Positions 34,567-44,246 of a stretch of 64,000 nucleotides of DNA are shown piece after piece. Under the pieces are notes generated by a model. It was not told where the DNA came from, ran no database searches, and was given only the letters and a program-made list of their open reading frames with translations. Both the position numbers and the translations under genes were made by a program. The stretch comes from Clostridiales bacterium (GTDB lineage Bacteria; Bacillota; Clostridia; Saccharofermentanales; DTU023): assembly GCA_028724525.1 (NCBI GenBank), contig JAQYCV010000036.1, positions 6,269-70,268 of the forward strand, in the 5' to 3' direction. Positions within the stretch are counted from its first letter, which is position 1; each line of letters opens with the position of its first letter.

Positions 34567-35763
34567 ATGACTAACCCCCATTCCAGACCCAGATCTCGTA
34601 ATTTAATTGCCTTCCTCATCGTACCCTTGGCTTTTCTGGCCTTTGTTATTCTTGTTATTTTTCTTCTGAAATATAATGATGAGCTTGATCGGCGAATTTT
34701 GGCCAATATTCAAGAGTCTGATGGCCACGAGCTAGATAACAGTCAGACTGGTGATACCGAGCCAAGTCAACCCATGGTGACTGAGGCCAAATTTGAACTC
34801 GCAGACGAAGGGGACGAAGACGAAGAGGAAGAGCAGAGTCAGCCGACCCAGGGCCCTCCAAAACCAGATTCGGATAACCCTCGGACTAAAGACCAGGTCT
34901 ATTGGCGGGACCTAGATGAATTTTATGAGGAGATTCAAGACCACCGCCAAGAGCCTGAGCGTTTTAATCGGCCTATCAGCCGTCTCCTGCTTTTCCTAGA
35001 CGAGCAATATGTTGCGGCTTATGGACCCGATGACCAGGATCAAGAGGCCCTTTTGAGGATTTTTCCCTGCTCCAGTGGCATGGTGCCTGGCCATACCCCC
35101 CTTGGTTTGCACCACTTGGGGGCTAAGTGGCCTGAGAGCTGGCTTTTTGATAATGCCTTGGCCCAGTATGGTTACCAGATTACAGGTAATATTCTTTTTC
35201 ACTCCCTCCCATCCTATGATGGCAGTCTGAAAAGCGGACTGAAGCTATCTGACCTCAATTCTATGGGTTATGCGGCTTCCCATGGCTGTGTCCGCCTTTT
35301 TTGTATGGATGCCAAGTGGCTCTATGACAATGCCCCTGTAGGTTGCCCTGTAGAAGTCTTGCAAAATCGCGGGGATAAGTACCAGGATCTGCCAGACCAT
35401 ATTTTCTATTTACGGCTTAAGCCAGGCGCTCCCCAGTGGGACCCTACGGACCCTGATCCTGCAAACCCTTATGTGGATAAGGACGTATTGAAAAAGTGGG
35501 CGCAAGAAGAACCCTGGCTTGAGGATTACGAAGTCATTCCACCCGTCTGGCCCGATCTCAGTAGCCCAGCGCCTGCGCCTCAGGAGGTGGAAAGTACTAG
35601 CCAAGCAAGTCAGCCTGCCTACACGGGGCCTACTAGCCCGCCTCCCTTGGATCCCAATAAAAAGCCGGATAGCCAGGTGCTAGAAACAAGTCCGCCCCCT
35701 CTGGCCCCGCCGACAGGACCGGCAGAACAGCCTGGCCAGCCGAATCCCTTGCCTGGTCCCTAG
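34567..35763 (+). CDS. membrane-anchored L,D-transpeptidase (YkuD domain) with acidic and Pro-rich flanking regions
   Basis: TM anchor followed by ...GNILFHSLPSYDG...MGYAASHGCVRLFCMDAKWLYDN (catalytic HGC). RBS GGAGGGAGG. Confidence 0.8.
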   Translation: MTNPHSRPRSRNLIAFLIVPLAFLAFVILVIFLLKYNDELDRRILANIQESDGHELDNSQTGDTEPSQPMVTEAKFELADEGDEDEEEEQSQPTQGPPKPDSDNPRTKDQVYWRDLDEFYEEIQDHRQEPERFNRPISRLLLFLDEQYVAAYGPDDQDQEALLRIFPCSSGMVPGHTPLGLHHLGAKWPESWLFDNALAQYGYQITGNILFHSLPSYDGSLKSGLKLSDLNSMGYAASHGCVRLFCMDAKWLYDNAPVGCPVEVLQNRGDKYQDLPDHIFYLRLKPGAPQWDPTDPDPANPYVDKDVLKKWAQEEPWLEDYEVIPPVWPDLSSPAPAPQEVESTSQASQPAYTGPTSPPPLDPNKKPDSQVLETSPPPLAPPTGPAEQPGQPNPLPGP

Positions 35764-35888
35764 GCTAGACTTTTAGTTAACTAGGCTTTGCGGGCGTACT
35801 CGTCTATAATATCTAGGTTAGAAAGTTACAAGGAAAGAACCAAACGGCTGACAGCCTGGCTTGGCTGCTTCTAGCTGTGCGCTAAAAT

Positions 35889-36785
35889 ATGAAACTTGGT
35901 AAATTAGAAAAACTATTACTTGCTATCGCTATCACTCTGGCCTTGATTACCGGGGCCATTTTTGCCGCAGAGGCTATTTTCTCCAAGCCCTCTCAGCCGG
36001 AAACCTCGGCTAGCTTTAATTTTCAAAGGCCTGCAGATGAAGGCGGAGAGCCCTCCTCTAGCAAACCGGCTAGCCCGGACCCGGATCAGACAGAGCCTGG
36101 TCCCAATCAGACGGAGACTGTAAGTCAGGTACCCGAACCAGACCCCCGGCTAGGCCTGGAAAGGATTCCGGGCCAGGAGAGCGACCTAGACCGCATTAAG
36201 CGCTTGATCGCGCCTGAGAGCCCAGGCGATATAGAGAAGAACTACATGATCCGAGTTTTTAAGGATCGGCAACTGGTGACTGTTTTTGAAGATCCCAAGG
36301 GCGATGGATCCTTTGACTATCTCATCAAGGCCTTTAATTGTTCTTCTGCCGCCGACGGCCACAATACCCCCAGCGGTCAACACAAGATTGGGCTCAAGCT
36401 CTATTCTGGCTATATGATTGACGCTTCTTATGGACAATATTGTTCGGAATTCCTGCAATACCATTATTTTCATGCCGTACCCTCCTATGGGGGGGTAGAA
36501 GAAGCGGGGGTCAGCTGGGAGGACTACAACAAATTGGGCCAGGCTGCTTCTCACGGATGTATTCGCCTGGAGACCAAGGCCGCTAAGTGGATCTATGACT
36601 ACTGCAAGGAAGCAACGCCAGTAGAAATATTGGATTCTTCTGAGGACTTTCCTTACTTACCAGACAAGGTGGACCAGCTGAAGATGTCCCCCGATGGCCC
36701 CAAATGGGATCCCACTAATCCCAACCCCCTCAATCCTTACCAGCAAGATCCCAGCCTACTTTTAGACTATAACCATCAAGGTTAG
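35889..36785 (+). CDS. membrane-anchored L,D-transpeptidase (YkuD domain), paralogue of the preceding gene
   Basis: HYFHAVPSYGG...LGQAASHGCIRLETKAAKWIYDY. Confidence 0.8.
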   Translation: MKLGKLEKLLLAIAITLALITGAIFAAEAIFSKPSQPETSASFNFQRPADEGGEPSSSKPASPDPDQTEPGPNQTETVSQVPEPDPRLGLERIPGQESDLDRIKRLIAPESPGDIEKNYMIRVFKDRQLVTVFEDPKGDGSFDYLIKAFNCSSAADGHNTPSGQHKIGLKLYSGYMIDASYGQYCSEFLQYHYFHAVPSYGGVEEAGVSWEDYNKLGQAASHGCIRLETKAAKWIYDYCKEATPVEILDSSEDFPYLPDKVDQLKMSPDGPKWDPTNPNPLNPYQQDPSLLLDYNHQG

Positions 36786-36851
36786 AGGCTGGCTATTGCC
36801 TTAGCTACATATATAAATTAACATGCATTATACGAAACATAGGAGGTCATT

Positions 36852-38108
36852 ATGAAAGGAAATTTAATCTACGGACAATCTGGCGGCCCGACTTCGGTCA
36901 TCAACGCAAGCGCGGCTGGTGTATTCTTGGAAGCCTTATCTCATAGTGCAGAGATTGAGAAAGTCTATGCTGCCCACCACGGAATCGTAGGTATTTTACA
37001 AGAGGACTTTTTTGATATGGGGCAAGAAGACCCCCAAGAGCTTAAACTCCTCAAGCAAACCCCCTCTTCCGCCTTGGGATCCTGCCGTTACAAGCTGGCC
37101 GCCCTGGAAGACGATGAAACAGATTATGCCCGTATTTTAGAAGTCTTTAAAAAATATAATATCCGCTATTTCTTCTACAATGGTGGCAATGACTCCATGG
37201 ATACCTGCTCCAAAGTTTCTCAGTATCTCCGGTCGAAGAATTATGATTGCCGGGTGATCGGGGTTCCTAAGACGATCGACAATGACTTGGCAGTTACCGA
37301 TCACTGCCCTGGCTACGGGTCTGCCGCACGTTACATTGCGACGACCTTAATGGAAATTTATCAGGATGCTACCGTCTATGATGCAGGACAGATTACCTTT
37401 GTGGAAATTATGGGCCGGCATGCAGGTTGGTTGGCTGCAGCTTCTGCTGTAGCGGCTGCTCAAGGCTGTGGCCCTGACTTGATTTACCTGCCGGAGCGTG
37501 TTTTTGACTTGGAAAAAGTGATTGCCGATATCCAAGAAGTCTATGACCGCAAGGGCAAAGTCATTGTCTGCTTCTCCGAAGGTGTCAAGACTGCGGATGG
37601 CAAGTTTATTCCAGAACTGGATCCCCAAGCCGACCTCTCTGTGGATGCCTTTGGCCATAAGCAATTGGGTGGTGCGGCCGAGACCCTGGCTAAGATCGTG
37701 GGCACCCGTATTCCTACGAAAATTAGAGCCATTGAACTTTCACTCATGCAGCGTTGTGCCGCCCACTTGGCTTCAGAGCGAGATGTCGAGGATAGCTTCC
37801 GGGCAGGCCAGGCAGCTGTGCAAGCGGCCCTAGCTGGCAAGACGGATATCATGATTGGTTTTGCTCGTCCTGACCAGGGGGCCTACCAAACCCAAATCCA
37901 GGAAATCCCCTTGGAAGTTGTGGCCAATGCTGAGAAAAAGCTTCCTGATGCCTGGATCAACGCCGCGGGCAACGGCCTGGAAGAGCCCTTCTTGGACTAT
38001 ATAATGCCCCTCATCTCCGGTCAGCCCGAACGCATTTTAGATCCGCACGGTCTGCCACGTTTTGCAAGACTGAAGTTTGTGCAAGCCGGCCAGAAAGTGG
38101 ATAAATAA
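36852..38108 (+). CDS. pfp: 6-phosphofructokinase, predicted pyrophosphate-dependent type
   Basis: GNLIYGQSGGPTSVINAS. GGNDS has Asp at the position of E. coli PfkA Gly104, and PKTIDND has Lys at the position of Gly124. These are the known PPi-specificity determinants. Confidence 0.8.
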   Translation: MKGNLIYGQSGGPTSVINASAAGVFLEALSHSAEIEKVYAAHHGIVGILQEDFFDMGQEDPQELKLLKQTPSSALGSCRYKLAALEDDETDYARILEVFKKYNIRYFFYNGGNDSMDTCSKVSQYLRSKNYDCRVIGVPKTIDNDLAVTDHCPGYGSAARYIATTLMEIYQDATVYDAGQITFVEIMGRHAGWLAAASAVAAAQGCGPDLIYLPERVFDLEKVIADIQEVYDRKGKVIVCFSEGVKTADGKFIPELDPQADLSVDAFGHKQLGGAAETLAKIVGTRIPTKIRAIELSLMQRCAAHLASERDVEDSFRAGQAAVQAALAGKTDIMIGFARPDQGAYQTQIQEIPLEVVANAEKKLPDAWINAAGNGLEEPFLDYIMPLISGQPERILDPHGLPRFARLKFVQAGQKVDK

Positions 38109-38119
38109 GTCAAACTTAC

Positions 38120-39607
38120 ATGTTACGCGCGATACTGATCAGCCATATTAGCCAGGAGGACCTGAATAGCTTAAGCCTACAGCTCAATGGGGCTTTAATT
38201 GGCCAGGCTGACACGGCTAAATCTGGCAATCGGGTGATTAGCGGCAACCGGGAAATCCACCTGGTTGCTGGCTTTTATGCGAGCACAGGGGATCGGTCGG
38301 AGCGGCGGTATATCCAAGAACAAGATCGCCTCTTTAAACTCCTCTTTGCTGATTTGCAAACCCAGGGCCTGGCCGCTTTACCCGGCCTGGCCCATAAGCA
38401 TTTTCCAGAGGCAGCCTCTCTCTTGATCGCCTCTGCGGAAATGGTTTTAATCTGGCAGGATGCGCAAAAAGGTGTCTATCTTCTCCGCAACAAGGCCTTG
38501 TTCCGCCTGCAACCCACCATGCGGCCTCATGGCCTCTGGCCGGAGGATTGGATGACCTATGGCGATTTCTACGCCTTTGTTCCGCAAGAAGAGGATCTCT
38601 TGCTCTTTTTAGCGCCCGAATTTGTAGACCGCTTCAAACCGGAACAGCTGGAGGAGATCTTCTCCTCCAAGCTTCAGCTTTTTTCCATGATGTCAGAGCT
38701 GAACCGCCTGGGCCGGACCTATGGCTTTAATTTTGAGCAGTCTTGGCTGGCCATGCAGTTCCAGCGCCTGGAGCTTAACCGTATCTATAAGGGCCATGCC
38801 AATGAGTTTCTGAGTGAGGAAGTCCGCCGCATAGCCCGGACCGAAGACTTTTCTCGGGCCATTCCCCGGTCCAAGGCTTCTCGGGTTTTGCATGGGCAAG
38901 ATCTAATTCCTGTTCGTGCTGTTAAACCCTTGCAGCGACCAGCTAACTTTACGCCTAGGCCCGTCCAGCCTGCGCTGGAAGACCGACCCCGTTTGGGTGA
39001 TTGGCAGCGTAAGCGCCAAGCTGCCAGCCGGATTAATCTTATCGATGAAGAGAATCGACAAAAACGCCAGGCTACGCTTGATACCTATGCCCAGCGCCGG
39101 GATCCCATGGACAACTATTTTGACAAGGTCCGTGAATTCTCTTTCGGGCCATGGAAGCGCAAAATGCGTCAGCTCTTAGACAAATTTTTCAGCCTGTGGC
39201 CAGACCAGCCCCTGCTATCTAAGTTTTTTGCCAGCTCTTGTATTTTGCTCCTAATCCTTATTCTCGCTTTAGGCTTTCAAAGTCTGACTCGGCGGCGGGG
39301 ACAAGCCCCCCTGGTAGAGGAGACAGAGCCTGTTATGTCTACTGAGTTAGCGGACCGGAATGCCATTGTCCAGGCCCCCCAGGAAACCAATTTAGAGGTC
39401 AAGCAGCTGGTCACGGTCAACAACCTGCAAGTTCGCCAGGCTAAGGATCCTAGCTCTGCCCTCATTGCCTCCGTTAAACGGGGAGAGGTGGTGGTCCAGC
39501 TAGCACCGGAAGAGGACGGTTGGGTCTATGTTCGGGTGGACCAGGGCATAGAAGGTTATGTTTATGCCTCCTATCTCTTCTCGCGAGAAACTGCCACGAG
39601 TGAGTAA
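38120..39607 (+). CDS. single-pass membrane protein with a C-terminal bacterial SH3 domain; N-terminal domain unknown
   Basis: The TM segment is CILLLILILALGF. The C-terminal VRQAKDPSSALIASVKRGEVVVQLAPEEDGWVYVRVDQGIEGYVYASYL is SH3b-like. Confidence 0.55.
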   Translation: MLRAILISHISQEDLNSLSLQLNGALIGQADTAKSGNRVISGNREIHLVAGFYASTGDRSERRYIQEQDRLFKLLFADLQTQGLAALPGLAHKHFPEAASLLIASAEMVLIWQDAQKGVYLLRNKALFRLQPTMRPHGLWPEDWMTYGDFYAFVPQEEDLLLFLAPEFVDRFKPEQLEEIFSSKLQLFSMMSELNRLGRTYGFNFEQSWLAMQFQRLELNRIYKGHANEFLSEEVRRIARTEDFSRAIPRSKASRVLHGQDLIPVRAVKPLQRPANFTPRPVQPALEDRPRLGDWQRKRQAASRINLIDEENRQKRQATLDTYAQRRDPMDNYFDKVREFSFGPWKRKMRQLLDKFFSLWPDQPLLSKFFASSCILLLILILALGFQSLTRRRGQAPLVEETEPVMSTELADRNAIVQAPQETNLEVKQLVTVNNLQVRQAKDPSSALIASVKRGEVVVQLAPEEDGWVYVRVDQGIEGYVYASYLFSRETATSE

Positions 39608-39675
39608 TAAGCGCTGGACAAGTACGGATGAATTGCGCTATTATGGCTTAGCTTTACACAAGCGCTTGTCCACTT

Positions 39676-39749
39676 GCGGGTGTAGTTCAATGGTAGAACA
39701 TCAGCCTTCCAAGCTGAATACGAGGGTTCGATTCCCTTCACCCGCTCCA
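39676..39749 (+). tRNA. tRNA-Gly (TCC)
   Basis: Acceptor GCGGGTG/CACCCGC, anticodon loop CTTCCAA, 74 nt, CCA encoded. Confidence 0.9.
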
Positions 39750-39751
39750 AT

Positions 39752-39828
39752 GGGCGCATAGCTCAGCTGGATAGAGCAACGGCCTTCTAAGCCGTAGGTC
39801 GCAGGTTCGAATCCTGCTGCGCTCGCCA
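39752..39828 (+). tRNA. tRNA-Arg (TCT)
   Basis: Acceptor GGGCGCA/TGCGCTC, anticodon loop CTTCTAA, 77 nt, CCA encoded. Confidence 0.9.
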
Positions 39829-39831
39829 GAG

Positions 39832-39860
39832 ACCCTGGAAGCTCTTTCCAGGGTTTTTTC
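39832..39860 (+). terminator. rho-independent terminator after tRNA-Gly/Arg
   Basis: ACCCTGGAA-GCTCT-TTCCAGGGT followed by TTTTT. Confidence 0.8.
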
Positions 39861-39880
39861 TTAGCAAAGAAAGGTCACTT

Positions 39881-41869
39881 ATGCCTAAAGCAGGAACTTA
39901 CAATAATGAAAGTATTAGCTCCCTCAAAGGTGCTGACCGGGTACGTAAACGTCCAAGCGTTATTTTTGGCTCGGATGACTTAGCAGGCTGCCAACACTCT
40001 TTTTTTGAAATTCTTTCCAACTCCATAGATGAAGCGCGGGAGGGTTATGGCAAACTGATCACGGTCACCCGCTACAAGGATTATTCCCTGGAAGTCACGG
40101 ACGAAGGTCGAGGGATCCCCCTAGATTACAACAAGAATGAGGACCGGTATAACTGGGAACTTGTTTATTGTGAACTCTATGCAGGGGGCAAGTATGACAA
40201 TGTGGCTGGAGGGACCTATAAATTCAGCCTGGGCCTCAATGGTTTGGGCGCTTGTGCCACCCAGTACGCCTCTGAATACTTTGATGTTTCCGTTTACCGG
40301 GATGGCTTTCATTATGAGTTGCATTTTGCCAAGGGCGAAAATATTGGCGGCCTCAAGAAGACCCCCTACACCGGCCGAAAGCGGGGGACTAGCCAGCGCT
40401 GGAAACCTGATAAGGATGTGTTTACTGAGGTGAAGATCCCTCTGGACTACTTGCAGCAGGTCCTCCGTCAGCAGGCGATTATCAATGCCGGAATCAGCTT
40501 CCGCCTGGTTGATGAAATCTCTGGACAAAGCTATGACTACTACTATGCTGATGGCATCAAGGGCCATGCGGAAGAACTTCTAGGCCAAGATGGCCTGACT
40601 GACCTGGCCTATTTTTCCGGTGAGGGCCGGGGCAAGGACCGGCAGGACAAGGAAGACTACTTGGTCAAGGCCGAGGTTGTTTTTGCCTTTAGCAACCATG
40701 ATCCGGTGATCGAGTATTATCACAACTCTTCCTGGCTAGAATATGGGGGATCACCCGAACGGGCAGCCCGGTCTGCCTTTGTTGCAGAATTTGATGCGGC
40801 AGCCAAGGCGCAAAATAAATACCAAAATGAGGAGAGCAAAATATCTTTTAAAGATATCTCGGACAGCCTGGTCCTCATTATTTCTTCTTTTTCGACTTTT
40901 TCCTCCTACGAAAACCAGACTAAAAAGGCCATTAATAACCGCTATATTCAGGCTTTTTTGACTGACCTCCTGCGCAACCACCTCCGGGTCTGGTTCATTG
41001 AACACCAGGCGGAAGCCAACCGGGTCTTGGACCAAATCTTGGTCAATAAACGGTCGCGAGAAAATGCGGAAAAACAACGTCTCAACCTGAAGAAGCGTTT
41101 GTCCGGCCAAATTGATAATATCTACCACCGGGTTGATAATTTCGTGGACTGCCGGACTAAGGACGTCAACCGCCGTGAGCTCTATATCGTGGAAGGAAAT
41201 TCTGCTCTGGGCTCAGTTAAGATGGCACGTGACGCGGAATTCCAAGCGGTTATTCCCCTCCGGGGCAAGATCCTGAACTGTCTCAAGGCCTCCTACAATC
41301 AAATTTTCAAAAATGATATCATCATGGACCTGATTAAACTCTTGGGTTGCGGCATCCACATTGAGGGGAAGAAGAAGCGGGAGATTGCGGAATTTGACCT
41401 TGACAAGCTCCTCTGGGAGAAGATCATCATCTGTACGGACGCCGACGTGGACGGCTTCCAAATCCGGACCCTGATTTTGGCCATGTTTTATCGCTTGACC
41501 CCGGAATTAATCAACGAGGGAAAAATATATATTGTAGAATCTCCTCTCTTTGAGATTACCCACCAGGTCAAAGGAGAAGACCGGTCTTACTTTGCCTATT
41601 CCGACCAGGAGAAAAATCAAATTGTGGACTCCTTGCCTAAGGGAAAAATCCATATCCAGCGGTCTAAGGGCTTAGGGGAAAACGAACCTGACATGATGTG
41701 GCTGACGACCATGAATCCTGATACCAGGCGTCTTTACCAGGTCTATCCTGAAGACCAGGAGAGCGCTGCGGCTTGCTTTGATACCCTTTTAGGCAATGAC
41801 TTAGAGGGCCGCAAACAATATATCGCAGACTATGGACATGAATATATGTCCATGCTGGATGTGATTTAA
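39881..41869 (+). CDS. parE: type IIA DNA topoisomerase subunit B (ParE-like)
   Basis: GHKL ATPase N-terminus (FEILSNSIDEAREG, GLNGLGA) and Toprim (ELYIVEGNSALGS, DADVDGFQIRTL). The gyrB versus parE choice rests only on the partner subunit. Confidence 0.7.
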   Translation: MPKAGTYNNESISSLKGADRVRKRPSVIFGSDDLAGCQHSFFEILSNSIDEAREGYGKLITVTRYKDYSLEVTDEGRGIPLDYNKNEDRYNWELVYCELYAGGKYDNVAGGTYKFSLGLNGLGACATQYASEYFDVSVYRDGFHYELHFAKGENIGGLKKTPYTGRKRGTSQRWKPDKDVFTEVKIPLDYLQQVLRQQAIINAGISFRLVDEISGQSYDYYYADGIKGHAEELLGQDGLTDLAYFSGEGRGKDRQDKEDYLVKAEVVFAFSNHDPVIEYYHNSSWLEYGGSPERAARSAFVAEFDAAAKAQNKYQNEESKISFKDISDSLVLIISSFSTFSSYENQTKKAINNRYIQAFLTDLLRNHLRVWFIEHQAEANRVLDQILVNKRSRENAEKQRLNLKKRLSGQIDNIYHRVDNFVDCRTKDVNRRELYIVEGNSALGSVKMARDAEFQAVIPLRGKILNCLKASYNQIFKNDIIMDLIKLLGCGIHIEGKKKREIAEFDLDKLLWEKIIICTDADVDGFQIRTLILAMFYRLTPELINEGKIYIVESPLFEITHQVKGEDRSYFAYSDQEKNQIVDSLPKGKIHIQRSKGLGENEPDMMWLTTMNPDTRRLYQVYPEDQESAAACFDTLLGNDLEGRKQYIADYGHEYMSMLDVI

Positions 41870-41894
41870 GCGGGATGCCAGGAGGTAATTGACA

Positions 41895-44177
41895 GTGGCT
41901 AAGAAAAGATCAAACGGCCAGGACAAGTCTCCGGCCCCAGCCAAAGCCCTTCCGGACTATCAGGCTTTCGCAGACAATGTCCATCCGGGAGAGACCGAGC
42001 TGGTTACCATTACAGATACGCTCAAAGATAATTACATGCCCTATGCCATGTCGGTTATTGTCTCCCGGGCGATTCCGGAAATTGATGGCTTTAAGCCCTC
42101 CCAGCGCAAGGTGCTCTATACTATGTACCGCATGGGCCTCTTGCGCGAACAAAGGGCCAAGTCTGCAGATATTGTGGGCCAGACCATGGCTTTTAACCCT
42201 CATGGTGACCAGACCATCTATGAAACCATGGTTCGGATGACCCGGGGCAACGAGGCCCTCCTCCACCCCTGGATCGATTCTAAGGGCAACATGGGTAAGG
42301 TCTATTCACGGGATATGCAGTATGCGGCCTACCGCTATACAGAAGCCCGCTTGGACAAGTCCTGCGAGATCTTGTTTCAAGGGCTGGAAAAAGATGCCGT
42401 AGACTTTGTCGATAACTATTCCGGCTCCTTGCGTGAACCTGTCCTCTTACCGGCAGCCCTGCCCACGATCTTATTGAACGCCAACCAGGGCATTGCAGTC
42501 GGTATGGCTTCCAATATCCCTTCTTTCAATCTCAAGGAAGTCTGCGAGGCCACCCGGGCCCTTATCAAGAATCCCCAGGCCGACCTCTTAGAGATCATGC
42601 CTGCCCCGGACTTTTCAACGGCAGCCTCCATCATTTATGACCGCGACCAGATGGCTGCCATCTATGAGACGGGTAGGGGGTCTTTCAAAATCAAGGCCAA
42701 GTGCCAGATTACAAAGAAGCCCCTGCGTATTGAGATTTTAGAGATCCCCTACACCACAACTATCGAAGCCATCATTGAGGATATCAATAAAAATATCAAA
42801 AATGGTAAGCTGAAAGAAATCATCGATGTACGTGACGAGACAGATCTCAAGGGCCTCCGCATTACCCTGGACCTCAAGAAAAATTCAGATGCAGACTTGG
42901 TCTTGAAAAAACTCTATGCCCTCACTCCCTTAATCTCTTCCTTTGCCTGTAACTGCAATATTCTTGTGGACAACAAGCCTGGTGTTTTGGGCGTCCGGGA
43001 TATTCTTTTAGCCTGGCTGGCTTGGCGGCGTGTTTGCCTGGCGAGAGAGTTGGCCTTCGACAAGTCCAAGTTGGAGGATAAGCTCCACCTGGTCCGGGCC
43101 CTGGAGGCTGTACTCTTGGACATTGACCGGGCTATTCGGATTATTCGCCGGACAGAAAAAGAAGAGGACGTTGTGCCGCACTTGATGGCGGCTTTTGCCA
43201 TTGACGAGACCCAAGCAGAATATGTGGCGGAAATCAAGCTCCGCCACTTGAACCGGGAATATCTCCTGCGCCGGACCCAAGAAATTACGGCTTTGGAAGA
43301 TCAAATCCACGACCTTGAAGCTATTCTCCAAGACGGAAAACGGCTGGACCAGCTGATTGCGACCCAACTCAAGACCTATGCCAATAGCTATGGTAAGGAC
43401 CGGAAAACCCAGCTGGTTCCAGCTGAGCACTTGGAGAGCCTAAAGCTCGAACCCCAGATTGAAGACTATAATCTCAAGCTGTTTTTTACTCAAGAAGGCT
43501 ATCTCAAAAAGTTGCCTTTGACCTCTCTCCGGTCGGCCGGTGACCTCAAGGTCAAGGATGATGACCAGATTATTCAAGAGCTGGAGACCAGTAACAAGTC
43601 GGAAGTGCTTTTCTTTTCCGACCGGGGTAATGTCTATAAGCTTTTCTGCTACGAAATTGACGACCACAAACCCTCGCAATGGGGGGAGTTTGCTCCTAAT
43701 ATCTTAGATTTGGAAGCAGGAGAAAAGATTCTCTTTATCCATGCCAGCCAAGATTTCTCAGGCTATTTACTCCTAGTCTTTGCGGATGGTCGCATGGTCA
43801 AGGTCGCTGTAGACAGCTATGCGACCAAAAACAAACGTAAGAAGCTGGTCAATGGTATCTATGGCAAGGCCCCTCTTAAGGCTCTTTTCTTTGTTCCTGA
43901 AGAAAGGGGCAACGGGGATATGCTGGCCCTGTCTAGCCAAAATCGCATGATCCTTTTAGATACAGATTTGGTGCCTTACAAGAAAACTCGGTCTTCCCAA
44001 GGGATCCAGGCTTTGGGCCTCAAGGGCGACAATATCCTGACCCAGGCCTGGCTTGTTTCCCCAGACAAGGCAGAAGACTATGCCTATTACCGGGTCAGGA
44101 GCCTGCCTGCCTATGGACGTTTCTTGAAGGATGATTTACTAGAGGAACGCCAGATGACCTTGGAACTAGAAAACTAG
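41895..44177 (+). CDS. parC: type IIA DNA topoisomerase subunit A (ParC-like)
   Basis: YMPYAMSVIVSRAIPEIDGFKPSQRKVLYTMY and the active-site region AYRYTEARL. At about 760 aa it is shorter than typical GyrA, and I saw no GyrA-box (QRRGGKG-like) motif. GTG 41895 sits 9 nt after AGGAGG and is preferred to TTG 41889. Confidence 0.7.
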   Translation: MAKKRSNGQDKSPAPAKALPDYQAFADNVHPGETELVTITDTLKDNYMPYAMSVIVSRAIPEIDGFKPSQRKVLYTMYRMGLLREQRAKSADIVGQTMAFNPHGDQTIYETMVRMTRGNEALLHPWIDSKGNMGKVYSRDMQYAAYRYTEARLDKSCEILFQGLEKDAVDFVDNYSGSLREPVLLPAALPTILLNANQGIAVGMASNIPSFNLKEVCEATRALIKNPQADLLEIMPAPDFSTAASIIYDRDQMAAIYETGRGSFKIKAKCQITKKPLRIEILEIPYTTTIEAIIEDINKNIKNGKLKEIIDVRDETDLKGLRITLDLKKNSDADLVLKKLYALTPLISSFACNCNILVDNKPGVLGVRDILLAWLAWRRVCLARELAFDKSKLEDKLHLVRALEAVLLDIDRAIRIIRRTEKEEDVVPHLMAAFAIDETQAEYVAEIKLRHLNREYLLRRTQEITALEDQIHDLEAILQDGKRLDQLIATQLKTYANSYGKDRKTQLVPAEHLESLKLEPQIEDYNLKLFFTQEGYLKKLPLTSLRSAGDLKVKDDDQIIQELETSNKSEVLFFSDRGNVYKLFCYEIDDHKPSQWGEFAPNILDLEAGEKILFIHASQDFSGYLLLVFADGRMVKVAVDSYATKNKRKKLVNGIYGKAPLKALFFVPEERGNGDMLALSSQNRMILLDTDLVPYKKTRSSQGIQALGLKGDNILTQAWLVSPDKAEDYAYYRVRSLPAYGRFLKDDLLEERQMTLELEN

Positions 44178-44246
44178 GTAGCCCTAATCTCCGGCTGGCC
44201 TCAGCCTTAAAATGACCTAGCCGCAGGTCTTGAGAGGAGAGACTTT

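Noticed and set aside
34449-34706. ORFs overlapping tRNA genes: 34449-34706(-), 39558-39761(+) and 39571-39759(-).
   Set aside because: They are read through tRNA-Pro and tRNA-Gly/Arg sequences that fold into complete cloverleaves, so they are not credible coding regions.
34461-35763. tRNA-Pro(CGG) sitting 30 nt upstream of a gene with a Pro-rich tail, suggesting codon-supply coupling.
   Set aside because: Counting the tail's Pro codons by hand gave CCG as only about one third, alongside CCT, CCC and CCA. There is no bias toward the cognate codon.
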